64,000 nucleotides of DNA, taken from the NCBI GenBank assembly GCA_040768265.1, contig JAXGNB010000002.1:240177-304176 (forward strand), written 5' to 3'. Shown here piece after piece: positions 1 through 8,612 of this stretch; position 1 is the stretch's first letter; every line of letters begins with the position of its first letter. The stretch comes from Anaerolineaceae bacterium (lineage in GTDB: Bacteria; Chloroflexota; Anaerolineae; Anaerolineales; Anaerolineaceae). A program made the translations under genes and the position numbers. Below the pieces are notes generated by a model, which saw only the letters and a program-made list of their open reading frames with translations, did not search any database and was not told where the DNA came from.

Positions 1-1614
1 ACCCTTGGCAAACAGGCTGCCGAAAGCATAGGGGTAATTGTAGAAAGACAGATAGGTGCTGTAGTAATGCGGCTTCCAGGTCCAGGCGAACTTGTTCAAT
101 ACGTCCATGTCCAGGCCATCGCCGTAGGTCTTTCGCTGAGCCTCCAGCATCAATTCACTGATTTCATCGGCGGAAATCGTCGATTCCTTGCGTTTCTCGA
201 ACACGGATTTCTCAAAGATAAAGCGCGAGTAAATATCCACAATAGTTTGCGCGTCGCTGGAGATGGTGGTTTCCAGGATCGCCCGTTCCTCAAGCGGATC
301 ACTGACAGTCTTGAGGATTGCGTTAAAGACAATCGTTTCACACATGATCGAAGCAGTTTCCGCCAATGTCATGGGGGTATTGGTCTGCATGGGAGTCTTC
401 CCCGCCTGGTAGGCGCAGTAATTGTGGAAACCATGCCCGAGTTCGTGCGCCAGGGTCATCACCTGGTCGAAGGAACCGTCGAAGTTCGACATAATGCGGC
501 TCTCCTCCACGGCATCCACACCCATGCAGAAGGCTCCACCGCGTTTGCCCGGGCGCTGCTCGGCATCGATCCAGTGCTTCTCAAAAGCACCCCGGGCGAA
601 TTCAGCCAGCTCAGGTGAAAAACTGCCGTAATGCTCCAGGATCAAATCGCGGGCTTCATCAAAAGTGTATTCCTTGTGCACTTCCCCTATCGGAGCAAAC
701 AGGCTCCACCAGGGCAGTTTCTCAAAGCCGAGAATACGCGCCTTCGCCTGGAAGTAGCGCCGAAACATTGGCAAAGCGTCTTCCATAGCTCCCAGCATGG
801 CTTCAAGCGTGCCGCGGTCAATCCTGGCCTTCACCAGGGATGAATGCAGGCAATCCTCACGACCACGCTTGCGGTCCAGTGTCACAACTTCCCCTTTGAC
901 GCCATTCAAGCAGGCCGCCAGCGGTTCTTTCATTTCTTCAAAGACTTGCTGCTCGCGCTTGTAAGCCCGCTCGCGCACGTCCGCATCCGGATGTGAACGC
1001 AAATTGATCAGCGCCGGCAGAGGCAGCGATTGTACTTTGCCATCGATTTCAAAATCGACACTTTTCTGAGAGGTCAGCACGCCCTGCAAGTCATCCCAGG
1101 CGCCTCCGCCTGAGAGGGTCAGCTCGTTGGCGAGGATTTCCTCCGGTTCAGTCATCAGGTAGCGGCTTTCCTCCGCGATTTCCAGCAACCTGAAAGCATG
1201 CTCATGCGCCGCCCCGGGGATTTCAAGCGCCTGCCCCAGCCGCTGGCCGAGGGCGCCCAGCCAGCTCTTAATGCGTACACTCAAGTCGCGCTGCGGAAGC
1301 ATGGCAATTGCCAGCCTTGAATGCAGCTGCTCAGCAGCCTTGTTGAATGAATCGGTGGAAATGATTGCTCCCAAATAAGCAAAAATCTTGCCTGCCTGTA
1401 GTTCCATGGCATTGGCATGTTCCACGTAGCTGTTCAGCACCTGGTTAAGTGCTTCAGGTGGCGTGGCAGGGTCAAGCATAGGCAGATATTCGGTTTCAAA
1501 TGCCTGGGTAGCTTCCTGGATGGATTTTTTGACAGCCTCGATGTCTGCTGCGAGTGCCGGGTCGTCGAGAGAAAGATAGAGGTTTGAAAGATCCCATCGT
1601 GGGGGTGTGGTCAT
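1..1614 (-). CDS. pepF: M3-family oligoendopeptidase F, truncated at the 3' end by the window edge
   Basis: This ORF is absent from the ORF track because it runs off the window. My own translation starts at the ATG at 1614-1612 (MTTPPRWDLSNLYLSLDD), with an AAGGAG RBS 8 nt upstream. The in-frame zinc motif TLAHELGHGFHN lies at 480-421 and YNYPYAFGSLFAKG at 60-1. The plus-strand ORFs 67-618 and 422-631 are antisense shadows. Confidence 0.85.
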   Translation of the reverse strand, partial: MTTPPRWDLSNLYLSLDDPALAADIEAVKKSIQEATQAFETEYLPMLDPATPPEALNQVLNSYVEHANAMELQAGKIFAYLGAIISTDSFNKAAEQLHSRLAIAMLPQRDLSVRIKSWLGALGQRLGQALEIPGAAHEHAFRLLEIAEESRYLMTEPEEILANELTLSGGGAWDDLQGVLTSQKSVDFEIDGKVQSLPLPALINLRSHPDADVRERAYKREQQVFEEMKEPLAACLNGVKGEVVTLDRKRGREDCLHSSLVKARIDRGTLEAMLGAMEDALPMFRRYFQAKARILGFEKLPWWSLFAPIGEVHKEYTFDEARDLILEHYGSFSPELAEFARGAFEKHWIDAEQRPGKRGGAFCMGVDAVEESRIMSNFDGSFDQVMTLAHELGHGFHNYCAYQAGKTPMQTNTPMTLAETASIMCETIVFNAILKTVSDPLEERAILETTISSDAQTIVDIYSRFIFEKSVFEKRKESTISADEISELMLEAQRKTYGDGLDMDVLNKFAWTWKPHYYSTYLSFYNYPYAFGSLFAKG

Positions 1615-1703
1615 AGTTTACTCCTTTTTGATTGTTGGGGGAATTATAACTGAGCCCCGCGCCTTCTTGGCCGGCTTGCGTCATTTTGCTGGGTTTGCAA
1701 ACG

Positions 1704-1731
1704 AAAATACCCCGGTTTTACGGGGTATTTC
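1704..1731 (-). terminator. Putative rho-independent terminator after the YugP-like gene
   Basis: Hairpin ATACCCCG-gtttta-CGGGGTAT, followed on the minus strand by a T-rich tract (tttcgtttg). Confidence 0.45.
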
Positions 1732-1748
1732 ATTCACATTAAAACTCA

Positions 1749-2450
1749 TTATCGACGTCTTCCGCTGGCGCGACCAGCCACAGAGATGTAGTACAACAAC
1801 TGCAAAACCGAGGTTGCCAGCCCTGCCACGTAAGTCCAAGCAGCCGCATCCAGCACCTGCTTCACGCCCTTGCGTTCCTCTTCATTGGCAACCAAACCGG
1901 TCTGGTCCAACATTTCACGAGCGCGCTTGGAGGCATCCAATTCAACGGGCAGAGTGATCAATGAGAAAGCCGCCGTGGATGAGAACAAAATTACACCGAT
2001 AGTCGCCAGGTTTGCCAGGCTCAACATCACACCGATCATCACCATGAAGATGCCAATGTTAGAACCAAAGCTCACCAGCGGCACAATCGCGCTGCGCAAG
2101 CGCATAGGAGCGTAACTGGTCTTATCCTGCATGGCATGCCCAAGTTCGTGCGCTGTGATCGCCATCGCGGCAACTGAAGGTTGATCTGCCACGCCCTGCG
2201 AGAGTGCCAGGGTGTCGTTGCGCGGGTCATAGTGATCGGTCAGGGTGCCCTTGGTGCGTGTCAGTTTCACATTTTGAAGCCCCACGCGCGGTTTGAGCTG
2301 CTCAGCAGTGTCCATACCGGTCAGGTTGTGATAATTACGCACCTGGCTCCATTTGCTGTAAGCAGATTTCACCTTATACTGGGCAAAAAGGCTCAGCAAA
2401 AGTCCAGGGATCATGTAGAGCAAGTAATCAAAGTACATAGTGTTTTCCAA
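1749..2450 (-). CDS. Membrane zinc metallopeptidase, YugP / Zn_peptidase_2 type
   Basis: 233-aa ORF with an N-terminal TM helix, an HELGHAMQD zinc motif and C-terminal TM helices, which is the typical YugP layout. Confidence 0.8.
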   Translation of the reverse strand: MENTMYFDYLLYMIPGLLLSLFAQYKVKSAYSKWSQVRNYHNLTGMDTAEQLKPRVGLQNVKLTRTKGTLTDHYDPRNDTLALSQGVADQPSVAAMAITAHELGHAMQDKTSYAPMRLRSAIVPLVSFGSNIGIFMVMIGVMLSLANLATIGVILFSSTAAFSLITLPVELDASKRAREMLDQTGLVANEEERKGVKQVLDAAAWTYVAGLATSVLQLLYYISVAGRASGRRR

Positions 2451-2486
2451 ATCTACTATTAGTACCCAGCGAAATCAATAAGCCTT

Positions 2487-3803
2487 TTAGGGCAATTCGC
2501 TGAGCAAGAGTTCCACAGCAGCGTCCAGTTGTGGATCGCGACCGGCATCATAATCTTCCTGGGTGTATTCCACCACCAGGTCGGGTGTCAGACCGATGCT
2601 GTCGATCTGATTTCCGAGGGGGGTCAACCAGCGCGCGATTGTAATGCGCACTCCGCCCGCCTCCGTGCGCAGCGGGATCCAGTTTTGCACTGAGCCCTTA
2701 CCGTAACTTGTCATACCAACCAATTTCGCGCGTCCGTAGTCCTGCAGCGCGCCGGCCGTAATCTCGGATGCTGAGGCTGAACCCTCATCAATTAAAACCA
2801 CCAACGGGATTTCAGTCGCCAAACCGCCCTTCATTACCGGATAAGAGTCGCGTGAGCCGTCGCCATATTCTTCGTAAAGTACCACACCATCTTCCAGAAA
2901 CTCCGAAGTAACCTCAACCGAAGTTACAAGATAGCCGCCGCCATTACCGCGCAAGTCAAAAACAATGCCCTTGGGGTTCTGTGACAACAGGTCCTTGAGA
3001 GCTGCCCGCAGTTTATCCGTCGCCAGCTCGTTGAATGTATACAGTGCTATATATCCAACACCATCCTCACGCATCTCGTATTCCACCACCGGGATTTGGA
3101 TCACAGCCCGCGTCACTGCAATATCAAAAATCTCTTCACCGCGGCGAATAGTCAGCACAATCGTATCCCCTGCCGGGCCCAAAATTCTCTTCAGAACCAG
3201 GTCACCAGGAATGCCGGTCATGTCCTCGCCGTTAATCGCGATCACCAGGTCCTGCGCTTGTAAACCTGCGGCTTCAGCTGGGGAACCTTTCATTGGCGAG
3301 ATGATTTCCACGTAATCGCCACTGGTGTCCACCCAGGCGCCAATGCCCGTATACTCACCTTCCATCTCGGTATTCGCCTGCTTGAATTGCTCCGGATCCA
3401 TGTAGGAAGTATGCTTGTCACCTGTGGCTGCCAGCATGCCCTGAATGGCTCCGCGCATCAGAATTGTGTCATCCAAGGGTTGGTCCACGAAGTTCTCGTG
3501 CAGCAATCTCCAACTCTCCCAGAAGGGGTCAAAGAGCCCTTTCAGTTCTTCGGGCGTGGAAGCGCTGGTATATTCCAGGCAGTAACTTGTTTGAGTTGGG
3601 GTTGGCGGGTCCTGACCCTCAACCACTGGTTGATCTTCCAGAACTTGCGGCGCAGGTGTCGGACAGGCATCATAACCCAGCACCTGGCGGATTGGGTTCC
3701 TGGGAAGCACGCTGGCAGCGCCAAAACCAAGAGCAAAAGAGCCTGCCAGCAGTGCAATAGCGACAAAGACCAGAAAACATGAACGAACAGCTTTATTTTC
3801 CAT
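2487..3803 (-). CDS. ctp: S41-family carboxy-terminal processing protease (Ctp) with a PDZ domain
   Basis: 438 aa with an N-terminal TM/signal segment, a PDZ-like segment (GLQAQDLVIAINGEDMTG), the S41 core (VFDLRGNGGGY, VVLIDEGSASASEI) and KLVGMTSYGKGSVQ. Confidence 0.85.
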   Translation of the reverse strand: MENKAVRSCFLVFVAIALLAGSFALGFGAASVLPRNPIRQVLGYDACPTPAPQVLEDQPVVEGQDPPTPTQTSYCLEYTSASTPEELKGLFDPFWESWRLLHENFVDQPLDDTILMRGAIQGMLAATGDKHTSYMDPEQFKQANTEMEGEYTGIGAWVDTSGDYVEIISPMKGSPAEAAGLQAQDLVIAINGEDMTGIPGDLVLKRILGPAGDTIVLTIRRGEEIFDIAVTRAVIQIPVVEYEMREDGVGYIALYTFNELATDKLRAALKDLLSQNPKGIVFDLRGNGGGYLVTSVEVTSEFLEDGVVLYEEYGDGSRDSYPVMKGGLATEIPLVVLIDEGSASASEITAGALQDYGRAKLVGMTSYGKGSVQNWIPLRTEAGGVRITIARWLTPLGNQIDSIGLTPDLVVEYTQEDYDAGRDPQLDAAVELLLSELP

Positions 3804-3839
3804 TACAACTCCATTTAAACCACCGCATTATGACGGCAG

Positions 3840-4508
3840 TCATCCAATACGTTTATTTCCATTATTCGATAAAAATTGCGGTAACTCCGTCAGATTTTTA
3901 ATGACGGGGTGTTTTGACTCAACCGCTTCAGCCGACACTCGCAGTGTCTGAAGCCCCAGTTTTCTGGCAGCGTCCAGATTTACCTCGAGGTCGTCCACAA
4001 ACAAAGTTTCTCCTGGCTGGGGTTCTCCAGCCAGCTTTAAAGCAATTTCAAAAGCCTCAGCATGCGGCTTGCACCACGGCTCAGTATCCATCACGTCGAT
4101 CACGCCCATAAATTGCTCAGTGATACCCAAACGTTCAAGGACATTACATGCATGCTTTCTGCTGGCGTTGGTGAAGATCCATTTTTCCTGCGGCAGTGAA
4201 CTGAGGGCATCCCTGAGCTGATAATCAGGCTGGATGACCTTCGAGAGGTCCACTTCGTGAACATATTCCAGGTAGTCCTCAACATCGATGCCATATTCAA
4301 TGTTCAGACCGCGCATTGTGGTGCCATGTTCCATAAAAAGGCGTTCACGTTTCTCAGGAATTTCATCTTTTGCGATTCCCACCACATCCAACATGTATTG
4401 AAAGACCCGCTCCGTCAGGATCGGCCACACACCGACTGAGGTCGGATAGGTTGTGTCGTCAAGGTCAATCAAAAGTGTTTTTAAGGGTGTCATGGACGCT
4501 CCATCCAA
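3840..4508 (-). CDS. HAD-superfamily hydrolase, pyrimidine 5'-nucleotidase-like
   Basis: HAD motif I LIDLDDTTY, a motif II-like FTNAS and a motif IV-like FVDD. 222 aa. Confidence 0.7.
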   Translation of the reverse strand: MDGASMTPLKTLLIDLDDTTYPTSVGVWPILTERVFQYMLDVVGIAKDEIPEKRERLFMEHGTTMRGLNIEYGIDVEDYLEYVHEVDLSKVIQPDYQLRDALSSLPQEKWIFTNASRKHACNVLERLGITEQFMGVIDVMDTEPWCKPHAEAFEIALKLAGEPQPGETLFVDDLEVNLDAARKLGLQTLRVSAEAVESKHPVIKNLTELPQFLSNNGNKRIG

Positions 4509-5083
4509 CGATTTATGCCCTGAAAAGGGGTAAATCCATCCAGCAGTGCCAACAACGAAGCCGGATCATCAGAAACAAAAAAGAACCTGCGATGTTCAGG
4601 ATAAATATAATTTTCCCCAATAGCCTTCTCAATCAGGGCGACCAAAGGATCGAAATAACCATCCACATTCAGCAGTCCAACAGGTTTGTCATGCAAACCA
4701 ATTTGCGCCCAGGTGAGGGCTTCGAAAAGCTCAGCAAAAGTGCCAAAGCCACCGGGCAGAGCAATCATGGCATCCGCCAACTCAGTCATGCGTGCCTGAC
4801 GCGCGTGAATATCCGGCAGAATTTCCAGTTCGCTCAAACCGGCATGCGCCAGGTGGGGCAAGTTGAGCCCATCGTTAATAACACCTACCGCCTTGCCCCC
4901 CGAGGCCAGGGTGCCGTCAGCAACTGCCCCCATCAGACCCGTTTTGCCAGCTCCAAAGACCAGCGTGCGGCTCTGTTTGGCCAGGGTCTCTCCCAGCAAC
5001 CAGGCAGCGTCGAGATAGACCTGCTTCAGTTTGTCAGCCGAACCAGCATATACCGTAATGTATTTCCGAATTGTTTCAGCCAT
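4490..5083 (-). CDS. LOG-family protein (TIGR00730; nucleotide 5'-monophosphate nucleosidase / cytokinin riboside phosphoribohydrolase type)
   Basis: GAGKTGLMGAVADG and the PGGFGTFAELFE motif, both diagnostic of LOG/YvdD. The gene overlaps the downstream HAD gene by 19 nt. Confidence 0.8.
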   Translation of the reverse strand: MAETIRKYITVYAGSADKLKQVYLDAAWLLGETLAKQSRTLVFGAGKTGLMGAVADGTLASGGKAVGVINDGLNLPHLAHAGLSELEILPDIHARQARMTELADAMIALPGGFGTFAELFEALTWAQIGLHDKPVGLLNVDGYFDPLVALIEKAIGENYIYPEHRRFFFVSDDPASLLALLDGFTPFQGINRWMERP

Positions 5084-5150
5084 ATTTATCGATAACCTTC
5101 AAAATTATACCCGCAACATCTCAGCCCTCTTCCTGCTTTAGAAGCTTGAG

Positions 5151-6083
5151 CTAAGCATGCCGCATGTTGCGAATCTCGCGGAATTTTTCTTTTTCTGCAG
5201 GTGTAAGGTGTCCGGGCAGGCGCAATTCAATGTGCGCGTAAAGATCGCCATGTACGCCGGGATTTTTAAGATTTGGCATGCCAAGCCCCTTGAGGCGCAT
5301 CGTCTTACCGCTATCAGTCCCTTCCGGGATTGTCAGGCGGACGGGTTTGCCCAGGGTCTCTACGCTGACCTCGCCCCCCAGGATCGCCGTGTAGATATCC
5401 ACCGGGACCGTGGTGGTCAAATCATCCCCCTTCCGCGTAAAGTTCTTATGCGGCAGTACTTTTATCTTCAAAAACAGATCCGCCCCAGCCGCCTGCCCGC
5501 TCAGACGAACTTTGGAACCGGTTCGAACACCTTGTGGGATGCTGGCCTCGATTTTTCTGCCGCCTTCAAACTGCAGCGTTCGTTTTGTGCCAGTGTACGC
5601 TTCCTCCAAAGTGATCTCCACCTCATGTTCCATAGGCTGAGCTTGCATAGGGGATCGGCTGCTACGGCTGTAGGCTGGCCCTGAATTGAAGCCACCCTGC
5701 CCAAATAGCGTGTTGAAGAAGTCCGAGAAGCCGCCAAGACCCCCAAACATATCATTGAACTCTTCCTGCGAAACGGTGCGATATCCTGGCTGACCACCTT
5801 GCGGCGCTTGCTGCCACCTGCCCCAGTCAAAACCGCCCGGCTGCCCGCCAGCGGACTGATAGCGCTGCCATTCCGAGCCAAACTGGTCGTATTTTTTGCG
5901 CTTTTCCGGGTCCGAAAGCACCTGGTAGGCTTCATTCACTTCTTTGAACTTATCTTCAGCCTTTGGGTCCTTATTCACATCAGGATGATAGCGCCGCGCC
6001 AACTTGCGATAGGCGGTTTTAATTTCGCCTTCTGTGGCGGTTTTGCTGACACCAAGTGTGTTGTAATAATCCTTATAATCCAT
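5151..6083 (-). CDS. cbpA: J-domain co-chaperone, CbpA-like (DnaJ lacking the zinc-finger domain)
   Basis: J domain DYYNTLGV...[15 protein letters not shown], a G/F-rich linker and DnaJ C-terminal beta domains. There is no CxxCxGxG zinc finger. Confidence 0.8.
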   Translation of the reverse strand: MDYKDYYNTLGVSKTATEGEIKTAYRKLARRYHPDVNKDPKAEDKFKEVNEAYQVLSDPEKRKKYDQFGSEWQRYQSAGGQPGGFDWGRWQQAPQGGQPGYRTVSQEEFNDMFGGLGGFSDFFNTLFGQGGFNSGPAYSRSSRSPMQAQPMEHEVEITLEEAYTGTKRTLQFEGGRKIEASIPQGVRTGSKVRLSGQAAGADLFLKIKVLPHKNFTRKGDDLTTTVPVDIYTAILGGEVSVETLGKPVRLTIPEGTDSGKTMRLKGLGMPNLKNPGVHGDLYAHIELRLPGHLTPAEKEKFREIRNMRHA

Positions 6084-6169
6084 CAGTAATCCAATCCAGC
6101 CTGATACGACTTGATAATGCCACTATGATAACAGTCCATTGTAGAAATTCTATTAATCTTAAGGGAATA

Positions 6170-6895
6170 TCAGGCAAGTTCTCCGGTATACGGCCCTCTG
6201 GCTGAAAGGGGAAGTAAAGCGGCAATTTTTTCCATGATCACCTGCCCGGCAGCCTTGACTTCGACGCGCCCTGGCAGTTTGCCGGGTTCCCCGATCTCCA
6301 ATGGACCAAAAGGCTCGCCAATGCGCGTCACCACACGGGCTCTACGGTGTTTTTTCTTCAGGGTGCCAAAGAGATCCCAGTCGTCCTCACTGAAGGTACC
6401 CATTGGCAGAATCGGTACGCCGAGACGCAGAGCCATAAAAGCAGCTCCTGGAAGAGGCGTGCCCAAGGGCGGTTTGTGCACATGACCCTCCGGAAAGATC
6501 CCCAAAATGCCGTCCTGGGACAAAACAGCTTCAGCCGCTCGCAAAGCCTCCAGATTTGGCGTGCCCTGCATAATGCGCAGCGTGCCCCATATGCGCGGGA
6601 AGATTTTCATGCTCATCGGCGCGTTAGGCATCTCGGCGTCACCGATGAATTCCAAGGGATACTTCGTGCTGTGAATGGGACCAATCGTGTCCAGAAAATG
6701 GAAATGGTTTCCAACAATCAGCAAAGGACCCCTCTTTGGCAGATTTTCTTTTCCATAGATTTCGTAATTTGCCAGGATTTTCGCCAACACGTCAATTCCA
6801 CCCCGCAGGAAACCACGCCGAAACTGGTTGCGTGGGTAGCGATACTTGCTCAAATATTCGGATCTTCTTTCTCTTCTTCCCATAGATCTTCCCAA
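6170..6895 (-). CDS. plsC: 1-acyl-sn-glycerol-3-phosphate (lysophospholipid) acyltransferase
   Basis: HX4D motif GNHFHFLD and a downstream FPEG motif. 241 aa. Confidence 0.75.
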   Translation of the reverse strand: MGRSMGRRERRSEYLSKYRYPRNQFRRGFLRGGIDVLAKILANYEIYGKENLPKRGPLLIVGNHFHFLDTIGPIHSTKYPLEFIGDAEMPNAPMSMKIFPRIWGTLRIMQGTPNLEALRAAEAVLSQDGILGIFPEGHVHKPPLGTPLPGAAFMALRLGVPILPMGTFSEDDWDLFGTLKKKHRRARVVTRIGEPFGPLEIGEPGKLPGRVEVKAAGQVIMEKIAALLPLSARGPYTGELA

Positions 6896-7074
6896 AAAAT
6901 CGTATTTGTTATTGAGTCAATTATACGGCAAACAATGGGCATGAGCGCATCTGGTAAGCTGTTTGCGGCTCAGGGTTGCCCAGGTTGGCTCAGTGTGCCC
7001 GAAGAGCTTGGCGTCTTGGAGTATTAACCGATATGAGATTCTTATAAGCCACCCACCCAAGGCCTGCTCACTGG

Positions 7075-8130
7075 GTGGAAATTGATTTACTTGATGTTAC
7101 AATTTATTGCATGGATACGATTTTTCTCAACAATTCTGTTTTGCATTGGCTGAAAGCCATGTTGGTGTTTGGAGCGGTTTTGTTCCTCCTTTTCATTGTG
7201 AGAGCTTTCTGCCGCAAGAAGATCAAGCAAAACCCCGAGCCAAAACTTCTCACTCGCCTGCTCAGCCAGATCGTGCTGCCAACAGCGCTTATCACAGCCA
7301 TCTGGATCGGATCGCGACTGCTCGAAATATCCGAGTCAGTCAGCACCCTGCTGAGAGTGCTTTTGATTGCCCTGCTCACTTTTCAAATTGGTCGTTGGAT
7401 TGACCTGGGAATCTCCCATTGGACTGATCAGCAGCTTGAAAAAATACCGGACGAGGACTACACCCGCCGCACCTCACTGCGCGGCATCGCCATCATTGCC
7501 CGCATCCTCATATGGCTGGCAGCAGTGCTTATCATCATCGAGAGCATTCCAAATTTCGATATCGCCGGCATTATTACCAGCCTGGGCATCGGGGGTATTG
7601 CCATCGGTCTTGCAGCCCAAAGCCTGGTTTCCGATTTACTCTCCAGCCTGACCATCCATCTCGACAAGCCCTTTGAACCTGGCGACTCTATCACCACGGG
7701 TGATTTTTCGGGCACCATTGAGAAAATTGGCCTGAAATCCACCACCATTCGCAATCTCTCAGGGGAAGAACTCACCATCTCCAACTCTGAGCTGCTGAAA
7801 ACCCCACTCCAGAATTTTAGCCGTATGGAGGAAAGACGCGTTTCATTCAAGATCCAGATCGCCAGCGGCACTTCTGCAGAAAAACTTACCATCATTCCTC
7901 AACTGGTGACAAACGCCTTCCAGGACCTTGAAAATGTGCGCTTTGCGCGAGCCCATTTGCAGGCAATTGTGCTGACGGGTTTCGTTTTCGAGGTGGTCTA
8001 TTTTGTGACAAGCCCTGATTACAACCTTTTTGTGAAGGTACAAAATTTGATCAATTATCGGATCTACCAGGATCTGCAAAACGAAGGGATCTCCCTCAGC
8101 ACCGCACCCGCAATCCCGCTCGAAGAGTAA
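7075..8130 (+). CDS. Small-conductance mechanosensitive channel (MscS family)
   Basis: Several N-terminal TM helices, a pore-lining G/A-rich helix (GIGGIAIGLAAQSLVSDLLSS) and then the MscS beta domain (FEPGDSITTGDFSGTIEKIGLKSTTIR). The annotated start is GTG; an ATG at 7111 is an alternative. Confidence 0.8.
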   Translation: MEIDLLDVTIYCMDTIFLNNSVLHWLKAMLVFGAVLFLLFIVRAFCRKKIKQNPEPKLLTRLLSQIVLPTALITAIWIGSRLLEISESVSTLLRVLLIALLTFQIGRWIDLGISHWTDQQLEKIPDEDYTRRTSLRGIAIIARILIWLAAVLIIIESIPNFDIAGIITSLGIGGIAIGLAAQSLVSDLLSSLTIHLDKPFEPGDSITTGDFSGTIEKIGLKSTTIRNLSGEELTISNSELLKTPLQNFSRMEERRVSFKIQIASGTSAEKLTIIPQLVTNAFQDLENVRFARAHLQAIVLTGFVFEVVYFVTSPDYNLFVKVQNLINYRIYQDLQNEGISLSTAPAIPLEE

Positions 8131-8193
8131 TCCACTCCAAAAAAACAAGCGTTACAGGCTTAAGTCGATTGGGGATCCATTCGAAAAATCCCC

Positions 8194-8604
8194 CTAAAGC
8201 TTGCCGGCTCGTTCCTGCAGCTCAAGCTCTTCAGGCGTCTCCGCCTCAATGGTAATGCCGTGAGGGCGCGATTTGCCGTGATCATCCACATACACAAAAG
8301 TCAGGAATCCATCCACCGTCAGTTCTTCTTTGGTGGTTGCCCGCACATACACGATCAGGCGCGACCGACCGGTGAGCACGATTTTTGATTCAAAACGAAT
8401 GACTTCTCCGGGTCTTACCGGTCGCTGGAAGGTCATGCCATGAATTTTGAGGCAGAGCACATATTGTGGCGGCAGCAAATCAGCCGCGGCAATAAAACCC
8501 GCCTCCACCATCCACTCCGCGCCTCTTCCGGCATACAAAGTATGGTGGTGATTGAGGTCTTCTCCTTTTACCAGGTGATGAATTGTCAGGGTTTTCATAC
8601 GCAT
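8194..8604 (-). CDS. Acyl-CoA thioesterase (hotdog fold, YciA-like)
   Basis: 136 aa. The pattern DLNHHHTLYAGRGAEWM resembles the acyl-CoA hydrolase signature. Confidence 0.7.
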   Translation of the reverse strand: MRMKTLTIHHLVKGEDLNHHHTLYAGRGAEWMVEAGFIAAADLLPPQYVLCLKIHGMTFQRPVRPGEVIRFESKIVLTGRSRLIVYVRATTKEELTVDGFLTFVYVDDHGKSRPHGITIEAETPEELELQERAGKL

Positions 8605-8612
8605 GTTTCACC

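Noticed and set aside
67-843. Plus-strand ORFs 67-618, 422-631 and 631-843
   Set aside because: They are antisense shadows of the pepF gene. The minus strand carries the in-frame HELGH motif and a canonical PepF N-terminus.
4370-5095. 241-aa plus-strand ORF
   Set aside because: It is antisense to the LOG-family gene and has low-complexity, Arg/Ser/Gln-rich composition, which is typical of shadow ORFs.
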